Below are positions 10,012-17,956 of a DNA stretch of 64,000 nucleotides, piece by piece. Source of the stretch: Patescibacteria group bacterium (GTDB lineage: Bacteria > Patescibacteriota > Patescibacteriia > Magasanikbacterales > GWA2-37-8). Below the pieces are notes generated by a model. That model did no database searches. It saw only the letters and a list, made by a program, of their open reading frames with translations, and had not been told where the DNA came from. The stretch spans positions 6,163 through 70,162 of the forward strand of contig JBAZKA010000002.1 in the NCBI GenBank assembly GCA_041651015.1, written 5' to 3'. The first letter of the stretch is position 1. Every line of letters begins with the position of its first letter. The position numbers and the translations under genes were made by a program.

Positions 10012-11154
10012 ATGACCAGCACAAGAGAACAAAATGGCGGTTACTATGCAATTAAGGGTTTTACCTATCAATTTGATAAGTCTCTTTTAGAAATCCTTAA
10101 GAACCAAACGCAGGATGTCGAACTTGAACAAATTCAAGACATTGGGCTAAGCGATTACTATATTCAAGTTAAATACAAAGAAACTCAAAATTACGCCGAT
10201 TCAAAAATCAAACCAGCAGTGTTGCAATTATTAAAATGTTTTCTGGATGATAAAAATAAAAAATTCAAACTATATTGTTATTTTAAAGACAAATCGTCAC
10301 AGACAATCGCTTTAACCGATACCAAGCTTGATGAAATATTAGGTTCAGATAGTAGTGCTTACACGCAAAGTGATAAACAAGCTTTTGTGGGAAATTTCAC
10401 TTTGGAATTTTCAAGTAATTTTGAGAAGCAGTTTAGTGATCTTATAAAACTTATAAAAACCTGTTTTAGTTTAAAGACAGAGGAAGAGGCAACAACATAT
10501 CATGCAATATTTAAAGCAAATTTATTTGGTATAGCCATTAAAAAGAATCCAAAACAAAGAACAATAAATTATAAAAAACTAAAAGAAGTCGCTAACAGCA
10601 ACGAAAAAATAATATTTGATATAGCTTATTGTAAATATCTAAAGATGGAACGATATTTGAAGTATGTAAAAAAAGAGTATTTCACTTTCAAAAAAGTAAA
10701 TACTCCGAGCAAAGAAAGACTTTTTGTTGTTGAGATGGATAATTCAACAAGGGATGGAGATGCCATTCAAATCATAACAAATATAAAAAATCGATACTTC
10801 AAAAAGGATACATCCCCAGCTCCTTATGTTTGTTTATTTGGGATAGACAACGAAAGGATTGCTAATCTCAAACAAAAACTTTGGGACAAGGGGTTGATAT
10901 TTTCTGACGGCACACATTTTGATAGGGATAAATTTAGAATGACTGATCTTATTGCAGACACACATAATAACAATTGTGGTATAACATTTAAGCTTTTGTC
11001 ACTTGAACAATTACCTCTCTTTTTCAAAAAGAAACGACCCGATGAGACTTTTGTATTTTTAACATCTGGCGATGGAGAATGGCGAACAAAAGTTAAAGAA
11101 TTCAAAGAGTTTTATATTGGTCGCACAAAAAATATTACTAAAATAATTCAATAA
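10012..11154 (+). CDS. DUF4297-like (Cap4-type PD-(D/E)xK-like) putative nuclease, partner of HerA ATPase
   Basis: 380 aa. N-terminal GFTYQ motif and D...(I)QVK motif resemble REase-fold QxK variants. Immediately precedes HerA-like gene (4 bp gap). Confidence 0.45.
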   Translation: MTSTREQNGGYYAIKGFTYQFDKSLLEILKNQTQDVELEQIQDIGLSDYYIQVKYKETQNYADSKIKPAVLQLLKCFLDDKNKKFKLYCYFKDKSSQTIALTDTKLDEILGSDSSAYTQSDKQAFVGNFTLEFSSNFEKQFSDLIKLIKTCFSLKTEEEATTYHAIFKANLFGIAIKKNPKQRTINYKKLKEVANSNEKIIFDIAYCKYLKMERYLKYVKKEYFTFKKVNTPSKERLFVVEMDNSTRDGDAIQIITNIKNRYFKKDTSPAPYVCLFGIDNERIANLKQKLWDKGLIFSDGTHFDRDKFRMTDLIADTHNNNCGITFKLLSLEQLPLFFKKKRPDETFVFLTSGDGEWRTKVKEFKEFYIGRTKNITKIIQ

Positions 11155-11158
11155 ATTT

Positions 11159-12892
11159 ATGCCGGAAGTAAAAATTTCAGCTGAAGTTATCTCTGTCTTT
11201 CCAAACAAGGTTAGAATAGCAGTAAGCGATATTGAATCGTTTAAAATAGCTGGGGAACTCTTGGCGGTCGGCTCATATCTCAAAATTTTTGACAACAACG
11301 ACTGTTTTATTGTTGCAATAATAGAAAATTTCTCTATCGTGATGTCTGATCCAGATAAGGAAGGAAAAAGAGATAAGTCCTATATAGTCGAGGCTGTGCC
11401 TCTCGGATTTATCAATTCGAGTGGCGAATTTATTCGAGGTGGCAATAATATTGCAATTCCTCCAAAAACAGTCGAACCAGCTAAAAAAGAAGACATACAA
11501 AAAATATATGACGACATCAAAGATAAAGATCGATTTTGTTTCTCAAAATTAGCTCAAGACACCTCGATAACTGTTCCTGTTGATGGAAATAAATTTTTCA
11601 ATAAACACATCGCCATAGTTGGGTCTACAGGATCCGGTAAATCACATGCTTTGGCAAAAATAATTCAAGAGGCTATAAAAGAAAAAAATATTGGTTATAA
11701 TGGTTTAAATAATTCTCATATAATTATTTTCGACATTCACGATGAATATAAAACTGCGTTTTCTTCAGCCTCATACATTAACGTCGACCAATTAGTGCTC
11801 CCATATTGGCTTATGAACTCGGACGAACTCGAAGAATTGTTTTTAGAATCAGGTGATTTTAATAATTATAATCAAAGCTCAATCCTAAATAGGCTCGTCA
11901 CCGAGAATAAAAAATTAAATAACCCTGGCCAAAAAATCGAGTACGGTAGTCCAGTTGTATTCAAAATAAATGAAATTTTAAACTGTCTAGTTAACTTAAG
12001 CAAAGAGACAAAAAATTATAAAAATCAAGACGAAATTTCTATAAAGGGGGCCTCTAAAACTTTTAGTGGGGATAGTGAAAAATATAAATGTTATTTTGAA
12101 AAAATATTAGAATTTGAAGAACCGAAAGCGCAAAACTTTTCAAAAGGTAGTTTTGCGGATGGAAGTTTGGATAAATTTATCTCTAGATTAAAAAATAAAT
12201 ATTCTGACGCAAGGCTAAAATTTTTATTTGATCCTGCTGTAGAAAGTTTAAAATTTGAAGAAATTCTTCGTCAATTTATTTCTTACAAAACTGGCAAAGA
12301 ATCCAATGTCACAATAATTGATTTAAGTGGTGTCCCCTTTGAAGTATTAAGCATTACAGTATCCCTTATTTCAAGAATTTTGTTTGATTATGCTTATTTT
12401 TATAAAAAAACAAATACTTCATCAATTAACGAAACTCCATTATTGGTGGTATACGAAGAGGCGCATAAATATGTTCCAAAAAATCACTTGGCAAAATTCA
12501 ACGCATCGAGGTTTGCAATAGAGAGAATTGCAAAAGAAGGTAGAAAATATGGAATAACGTCTATAATTGTAAGCCAGAGGCCATCTGAAGTATCTGAAAC
12601 TATATTTTCACAGTGTAGCAATTTCATAGCGATGAGACTAACCAACCCAGAAGATCAAAATTATGTTCGTCGTCTTTTACCAGATACTCTTGGACCACTA
12701 ACAGAATCTTTACCAATACTCCAAGCTGGGGAGGCTCTATTAATTGGCGATTCTGTAGTTATGCCATCACTTGTAAAAATTGACCCATGCACAAATTCAC
12801 CATCATCAAATGATATTAAATATCTTGAAGAGTGGAAGAAAGAATGGAAAGATGTCGCGTTTGATCCAATAATTAAGAAGTGGCAAAAGTAA
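11159..12892 (+). CDS. HerA/FtsK-like (DUF87) ATPase
   Basis: 577 aa. Walker A IAIVGSTGSGKSH, Walker B LLVVYEEAHKY, SIIVSQRPSEV motif; N-terminal HAS-barrel-like region. Confidence 0.75.
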   Translation: MPEVKISAEVISVFPNKVRIAVSDIESFKIAGELLAVGSYLKIFDNNDCFIVAIIENFSIVMSDPDKEGKRDKSYIVEAVPLGFINSSGEFIRGGNNIAIPPKTVEPAKKEDIQKIYDDIKDKDRFCFSKLAQDTSITVPVDGNKFFNKHIAIVGSTGSGKSHALAKIIQEAIKEKNIGYNGLNNSHIIIFDIHDEYKTAFSSASYINVDQLVLPYWLMNSDELEELFLESGDFNNYNQSSILNRLVTENKKLNNPGQKIEYGSPVVFKINEILNCLVNLSKETKNYKNQDEISIKGASKTFSGDSEKYKCYFEKILEFEEPKAQNFSKGSFADGSLDKFISRLKNKYSDARLKFLFDPAVESLKFEEILRQFISYKTGKESNVTIIDLSGVPFEVLSITVSLISRILFDYAYFYKKTNTSSINETPLLVVYEEAHKYVPKNHLAKFNASRFAIERIAKEGRKYGITSIIVSQRPSEVSETIFSQCSNFIAMRLTNPEDQNYVRRLLPDTLGPLTESLPILQAGEALLIGDSVVMPSLVKIDPCTNSPSSNDIKYLEEWKKEWKDVAFDPIIKKWQK

Positions 12893-12959
12893 ATAAAACA
12901 AACAGACAAAAATTCCCTCCCCTTAAACCCCTTCCTTTTTGACTGTTTGTTTGAGAAGA

Positions 12960-13330
12960 AAGAAATAAGGAGTTTTGAATTTTGGGCATTCACCCCTGAC
13001 CCCTCTGCCCAAAATCCAAAACGGAAAAAGAAATTTTAAAATTTTTTAAAACAATTCCGACTGCTGTCGGAAAAAAGAAAAGGAATACATCAGCTAACAA
13101 CGAGTATCCGGTTACGGCTTTCCCCGAAAGCCTCCACCCAAATTTTTCTTTCGCTTCGCTTCAGAAAAACTTCGGATACTCGTAACGTTATATGACATAC
13201 ATGTTTTCCGTTGGGGCTGCCGCCCCGCTCTTAAAAAGAATCCGATTTCGTTTTTTGGTGATTGAGCGAGGGGAAATATAGTGTTTTCTTCGCTACGCTA
13301 CGAAAACCGAATTATTTAATAAAAAATATT
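12960..13330 (+). repeat. island repeat copy 2 (inverted partial core 12960-13030, hairpin aacgagtatccg...cggatactcgt 13088-13197, direct core 13197-13320)
   Basis: aligned by eye to copies 1 and 3. Confidence 0.7.
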
Positions 13331-14137
13331 ATGGCTGACAACTACTACGTTTACGTCTACATTGATCCTCGGAATTACGAGGAATTTTACTATGGAAAAG
13401 GCAAGGGCAACAGAAAAGTAGCGCACCTATATGATGAAAAAGACACAGAAAAAACTAAAATTATAAAAGCCATTCAAAAAGAGGGGCTTGAACCTATAAT
13501 TAAAGTGGTTGCAAAAGGATTATCAGAAAGTGATGCATTTTTAATCGAAAAAACTTTAATTTGGAAACTTGGAAAAAATTTATCAAATATTTCATCGGGT
13601 CATTTTTCAGATAAATTCAGGCCACATAATAGTTACCACCTTAATCTGAATAGTTTTGATTTTGCAAACGGAATTTTTTATGTAAATGTTGGCGAAGGCG
13701 AAACTCGGGCATGGAGAGATTGCCAAAATTTTGGCTTCTTGGCGGCTGGGCAAGGCACAAAGTGGAGCGAACCACTAAAAACATTGAATATCGGTGATAT
13801 TGTCGTGGCATACTTAAAACGAAAGGGATATGTCGGAATTGGTAGGGTAGTCGAAAAAGCCAAGCGGGTACTGGATTTTAAATTTGACGGAAAATCGCTA
13901 AAAACCCAAACTTTAGACAGCACCGATCTCTTTAAAAATTCAGATAATGAGAATACAGAATTTTTGGTCAAAATCGATTGGATTAAAAGCGTGCCGACAA
14001 ATGAAGCGAAGTGGAAAAATAATTCGGGACTATTTACAACACAATTAATTAAGGCATCACTTGAAAACCAGGTAAAAACAATTAATTTTTTAGAAAAAGA
14101 ATTCCATGTTAATTTTACGGACATAATGAACGATTGA
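13331..14137 (+). CDS. GIY-YIG nuclease fused to PUA-like (EVE-type) domain; putative modification-dependent endonuclease
   Basis: N-terminal YVYVYIDP...FYYGKGKGNRK is a GIY-YIG-type motif. C-terminal W-RDCQNFGFL...IGDIVVAYL...GYVGIGRVV resembles the EVE/PUA beta-barrel pattern. Start moved from 13262 to ATG 13331. Confidence 0.55.
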   Translation: MADNYYVYVYIDPRNYEEFYYGKGKGNRKVAHLYDEKDTEKTKIIKAIQKEGLEPIIKVVAKGLSESDAFLIEKTLIWKLGKNLSNISSGHFSDKFRPHNSYHLNLNSFDFANGIFYVNVGEGETRAWRDCQNFGFLAAGQGTKWSEPLKTLNIGDIVVAYLKRKGYVGIGRVVEKAKRVLDFKFDGKSLKTQTLDSTDLFKNSDNENTEFLVKIDWIKSVPTNEAKWKNNSGLFTTQLIKASLENQVKTINFLEKEFHVNFTDIMND

Positions 14138-14265
14138 TATATTTTATAAAATTATTAATTCCGCTAATTTTCAATTCATACTCAAATATACATATTAGTA
14201 AATTTGATTATTGGATTAATTGAAGCCCTTGTTGATAACTTTTTGTTAATAGTATAAAAATGGCT

Positions 14266-14290
14266 AATTTTAGCCATTTTTATAACTACT
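14266..14290. promoter_or_regulatory. palindromic operator-like site AAAAATGGCTAAttttTTAGCCATTTT
   Basis: near-perfect inverted repeat directly upstream of the -35; related GGCTAA..TTAGCC motifs at 15894-15917, 27680-27695 and 27807-27829. Confidence 0.45.
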
Positions 14291-14299
14291 TGACATAAT

Positions 14300-14329
14300 C
14301 AAAAAAATCATTTATAATATCATTATTCC
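14300..14329 (+). promoter_or_regulatory. near-consensus sigma70 promoter (TTGACA-18-TATAAT)
   Basis: TTGACA 14300-14305, TATAAT 14324-14329, about 40 bp upstream of ATG 14371. Confidence 0.6.
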
Positions 14330-14370
14330 TACACAAGTAGTACTTCACACTAAATTAATTAATTTTTCTT

Positions 14371-15096
14371 ATGAATCAAGAAAATAAACAAATAACTCCA
14401 CCATATTTGAGCATGGCAAAACTTGCCAAATTAGTTGAAATCGTGAAATCAAGAAACATGACCCAGGTTAATCCTACTCATTTTATCACTCAAGGATTCA
14501 GTCAGGCAGATGCATACGTTGCAATAAACTCATTGCGCTTCCTGGGTCTAGTAGATGACAACAATAATACCACCGATTTATTTCGTAAATTTCAATTAGT
14601 AGGAGAACAGGGCAAAAAAGGCATGGAGGAAGTAATAAAATCTGCATACTCTAAATTATTTGAATCATTCGCTAATGGGAATCCATACGATGAAGGAAAT
14701 GAAGATAATTTAATAAATGATTTCATGATTCAATATGCTATATCAAAAAGAATCGCGGGACCAGCATCAAAAGCATTTGTTTGGTTGTGCGAACAAGCTG
14801 GACTCAGAGAACAATCCATAAAAATACAAGAAAGAAAAATCCGTGTTACATCAACAAAAAAATTGGCAGATAAAAGTAACAACAAAAACAAACCGCAAGC
14901 TGACACAAAAAATGAAAATCCTACTGGAGTAGCTCTCACTCTTAATGGTGGTATTATCATATCAATACCAACAACGGACATAAGAACATCACAAGCAATT
15001 GCATTGGGCGAACTTAAAAGCGCCGTCGAGGAACTTAATAAGTTTGCATTAAAATATATTGTGGAAACCGAAACTAAAAATAATGATGCTGTATAG
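14371..15096 (+). CDS. hypothetical protein (helical N-terminal domain, Lys/Asn-rich linker, small C-terminal domain)
   Basis: 241 aa with no catalytic motif recognised; first gene of promoter-driven pair. Confidence 0.55.
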   Translation: MNQENKQITPPYLSMAKLAKLVEIVKSRNMTQVNPTHFITQGFSQADAYVAINSLRFLGLVDDNNNTTDLFRKFQLVGEQGKKGMEEVIKSAYSKLFESFANGNPYDEGNEDNLINDFMIQYAISKRIAGPASKAFVWLCEQAGLREQSIKIQERKIRVTSTKKLADKSNNKNKPQADTKNENPTGVALTLNGGIIISIPTTDIRTSQAIALGELKSAVEELNKFALKYIVETETKNNDAV

Positions 15097-15111
15097 CAAA
15101 CTTACCATACT

Positions 15112-15732
15112 ATGAATATCTATCTTGACGAATCATACAATCTCCAAAAAAATAAAGGGAAAATGTTTATAAGCATCAACGGGTTTGCTGTCCTTGATGA
15201 TAAAGTACTCCGCAAACGCTGGAAAATCGTTCGAAAGGATTATTTAAAAATGAAACGACGTATTCACGCGACTGATTCACGCTTTGAGGATCTCCGTGGA
15301 AAAAGTATAAAAATGCTTGGACGTCACGATGTAAATATTCTTTCGATATTCCAACTGACGCAAGAAATATCTCATGACTACTTTGATACAAATGGCATAA
15401 GATTTGATACCGTGTACACTTCTCTTCTTAAAAAACTATTCACTGATTTATCTCTTGGTGAATACAAGCAAGCACGCATAGTTATGGACGCGAGAAAGCA
15501 TAAAGGCGGGATACTTGGGGAAATCATTTTCCAAAAAACTATCGAGGGATTTCTTTCTGATAAATTCCCTTCAACACGCTGTGTGTTAAAACTTACGCCA
15601 TCCTACGCAGACATTCTGATTGAACTTGCAGACTTTGTGTCCAACACATTTTACAAAGAATATCAGCAAGATTCGGAACACATATTCAAGAAACTTGGAT
15701 TTCGGTTGATACAAATCAAAAACCCGCTATAA
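15112..15732 (+). CDS. DUF3800-like protein
   Basis: 206 aa. N-terminal MNIYLDESYN matches the conserved N-terminal D-E motif recalled for DUF3800; sits 15 bp after the upstream gene. Confidence 0.55.
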   Translation: MNIYLDESYNLQKNKGKMFISINGFAVLDDKVLRKRWKIVRKDYLKMKRRIHATDSRFEDLRGKSIKMLGRHDVNILSIFQLTQEISHDYFDTNGIRFDTVYTSLLKKLFTDLSLGEYKQARIVMDARKHKGGILGEIIFQKTIEGFLSDKFPSTRCVLKLTPSYADILIELADFVSNTFYKEYQQDSEHIFKKLGFRLIQIKNPL

Positions 15733-15871
15733 AAGCGGATTTCCGTAAGAGCCTTTTGGGAATGTCTTTGCTTCAACGAGATGTTCCTGAAAGAGAACGC
15801 CCTCCACAAAGCTTTACCCTAAGGACTTATCTTCTAAATACATTATAACATGAATAGCCGGTTTAGTCAAT
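15720..15871 (-). ncRNA. candidate small antisense/convergent transcript (promoter TTGACT-17-TATAAT at 15871-15843 on minus strand; terminator hairpin ccgct-tttat-agcgg + T-run at about 15745-15720)
   Basis: promoter and intrinsic terminator read directly on the minus strand; no ORF; transcript ends at the stop codon of the DUF3800-like gene. Confidence 0.3.
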
Positions 15872-15949
15872 GTACTGTGGATAATTATTAACATTTTGGC
15901 TAATTCAAGCCAAAATTATAGTACACTGGAGACAAAAATTAATGTTTTT

Positions 15950-16165
15950 GGCCGCCGGGCATTCACCCCTTTTGTTCCCCTCTGCCCTGCGCCCAAAAGC
16001 GACAAAAAACGAAATCGGATTCTTTTTAAGAGCCATTTGAATTGACGAAATAACGGAAAACATGTACATCATATAACAGCGTGTATGCGGCTACGGTTCC
16101 CCTATCGGCGAACCTCCGCCCATATCGCTAAGGCGACATCGCATACACGCGAACGTTGTACGAAA
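15950..16165 (-). repeat. island repeat copy 3 (inverted orientation; core 15955-16090, hairpin cgcgtgtatgcg...cgcatacacgc 16090-16160)
   Basis: reverse complement aligns with copies 1 and 2 (gttatatgatgtacatgttttccgtt...gctcttaaaaagaatccgatttcgtttttt). Confidence 0.7.
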
Positions 16166-16715
16166 TAAATTATTTACTAGCCCCACCAGCATTGAAGGGA
16201 GGTAACAATGAAATGGTGGCGAAAAGTGGTAGAAATCTATCACAACATGTTCAATGTGAAGTTCGCTGTCCTTTCGGCCGCCTTTAATGGTCTGGTCGCA
16301 ATGATGGTGAACATGGCACACAGCCCCGAGCAGTACCTGATGGCAGGACTTGCACAGGCGGCCTCAAGCTTCCTGTCAACCGGAGTCACGGCAAGAGTGG
16401 TTCAACACTTTTCGCCCATTCGGTCCGCGCCAGTCTCGTACTTCTTCGGAAGCTTGGTGCCTGCAACCATGACGTTTGTGATGAGCTTGGCAGTTCACCT
16501 TTGGAACAACACTCCAGAGGTTCTGGCAAGTTGTGTGGCTCCGACGGTCATCAGCTACACGACCAGCTACATCACAAACTACATCACCCGGCGTGGCTAC
16601 ATGCTGCCCGGAAACTACAAGGAGGTGCAAAAATGATCCCGCGTCAGCCTCCGAACAGGACTGACGCGGGACACTCACTCAATGAATGTGGGGCTAGTAA
16701 ATAATTTAGCCGATA
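16166..16715 (+). mobile_element. 550-bp unit bounded by perfect 19-bp inverted repeats (AAATTATTTACTAGCCCCA / TGGGGCTAGTAAATAATTT) carrying one GC-rich ORF
   Basis: IRs at 16166-16184 and 16697-16715; interior GC content clearly higher than flanks; 11-bp-stem hairpin after the ORF. Confidence 0.5.
16208..16636 (+). CDS. hypothetical hydrophobic protein (GC-rich, probably foreign)
   Basis: 142 aa; strong SD GGGAGGT 6 nt upstream of ATG; several hydrophobic segments. Confidence 0.5.
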   Translation: MKWWRKVVEIYHNMFNVKFAVLSAAFNGLVAMMVNMAHSPEQYLMAGLAQAASSFLSTGVTARVVQHFSPIRSAPVSYFFGSLVPATMTFVMSLAVHLWNNTPEVLASCVAPTVISYTTSYITNYITRRGYMLPGNYKEVQK

Positions 16716-16864
16716 TGCGGTTCAAGAAAAAAGTATAAATATTTTCAGCGGATATTTTTTTCTCTCACCCATATTTCGCACACATCTAAATAATATGGAA
16801 TGTGCGAAACATCGCATATCGGCATACGTTATCTGAAATTAAATTTCTGGACTATAATAAAATT

Positions 16865-17443
16865 ATGGATTTACGCATTTACAACGAGGCTAAGCAATTT
16901 GTTTTTGACTCTTTCAATAAAGCCGAAAAACCTTCGCAGATAAAACATTTTGTCAAAACAGTGCATTGGTTAAAAATTCTGTCGCCTAATGCCGATGAGG
17001 CGTTGCTCGTAGCGGCGATTGCTCACGATATCGAAAGGGCTTTTCGACAAAAAGATGTTTTAGAAAAAAAGACTTCAGCGGGTTTTACAAGTATAGAATT
17101 TTATCGTCTGCATGAAGAGCGTGGCGCTGAAATTATTGCTGAATTTCTAAAACATAAAAACGTGGATGACGGCTTTGTTGAAAGAGTTAAAAAGTTGGTT
17201 TCTCGACATGAAGAAGGCGGTGATGATGATCAAAACCTACTAAAAGATGCTGATAGCGTTAGCTTCTTTGAAACCAACGTTCCATTTTTTCTCGATAAAA
17301 AATCATTGGAAATTGGCAAGGAAAAAGTTAGACTGAAATTTGATTGGATGTATAATAGAATAACATCCGAAAAAGCGAAACAAATTGCTCAGCCTATGTA
17401 TGAAAAAGCAATTAGTGATTTAAACAAGGGTCCGGAAATTTAA
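16865..17443 (+). CDS. HD-domain phosphohydrolase
   Basis: H...HD motif (AAIAHDIER) and downstream D (LLKDAD); start placed at ATG 16865 (MDLRIYN). Confidence 0.6.
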   Translation: MDLRIYNEAKQFVFDSFNKAEKPSQIKHFVKTVHWLKILSPNADEALLVAAIAHDIERAFRQKDVLEKKTSAGFTSIEFYRLHEERGAEIIAEFLKHKNVDDGFVERVKKLVSRHEEGGDDDQNLLKDADSVSFFETNVPFFLDKKSLEIGKEKVRLKFDWMYNRITSEKAKQIAQPMYEKAISDLNKGPEI

Positions 17444-17543
17444 CATCAGATAACACGCGATATCCAAAATTCGCCTTCGCTTCGCTACGGAAAACATCGC
17501 ATACACGCGTACGTTATTGTAAAATTAGTTTAATTCAAACCAT

Positions 17544-17885
17544 ATGAAAAAAATAAACTGGACTCGCGTTATTTTCATCGTCGGTGTTATCGCCCTTTTA
17601 ATTGGCGCCATTGACCCCTTGGAGGGTTCGGTGATAATTGTAGCCGGTAGTGCGCTCATCGCGCTCGCGACATATTTAGCGCGCGACCGATACTGGAAAA
17701 TATTTTTCGCGTCTTTTGTATTGATTATAATGGGCGTGGCTCTTATGTTTTATATGTCGTCTCTCGGCGGTTTTGGCGGAGAATCTACTCTGTCTTGGGG
17801 GTGGGCCGCGCTTATGATTCCCTATCCGATCGGATGGCTGATGACCATAATTACGTTAATCGTCAAAGCTGTTAAAAAACAGTAA
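17544..17885 (+). CDS. small integral membrane protein, unknown function
   Basis: 113 aa, 3-4 TM helices. Confidence 0.45.
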   Translation: MKKINWTRVIFIVGVIALLIGAIDPLEGSVIIVAGSALIALATYLARDRYWKIFFASFVLIIMGVALMFYMSSLGGFGGESTLSWGWAALMIPYPIGWLMTIITLIVKAVKKQ

Positions 17886-17956
17886 GTAATAAATAAAATT
17901 GCCAACTGATAAAATATCCGATACACTTAATTAACATTAAACATTAACTTAAAAAT

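Noticed and set aside
5300-16165. Island repeats as integron attC sites
   Set aside because: The hairpin architecture between cassettes is reminiscent of attC. However, the boundary sequences do not match the R'' (RYYYAAC) and R' (GTTRRRY) cores. No intI gene is present.
16376-16678. Minus-strand 100-aa ORF overlapping the GC-rich ORF
   Set aside because: GC-rich DNA yields long ORFs on both strands. The plus-strand ORF has a strong SD and sits correctly between the IRs and the hairpin.
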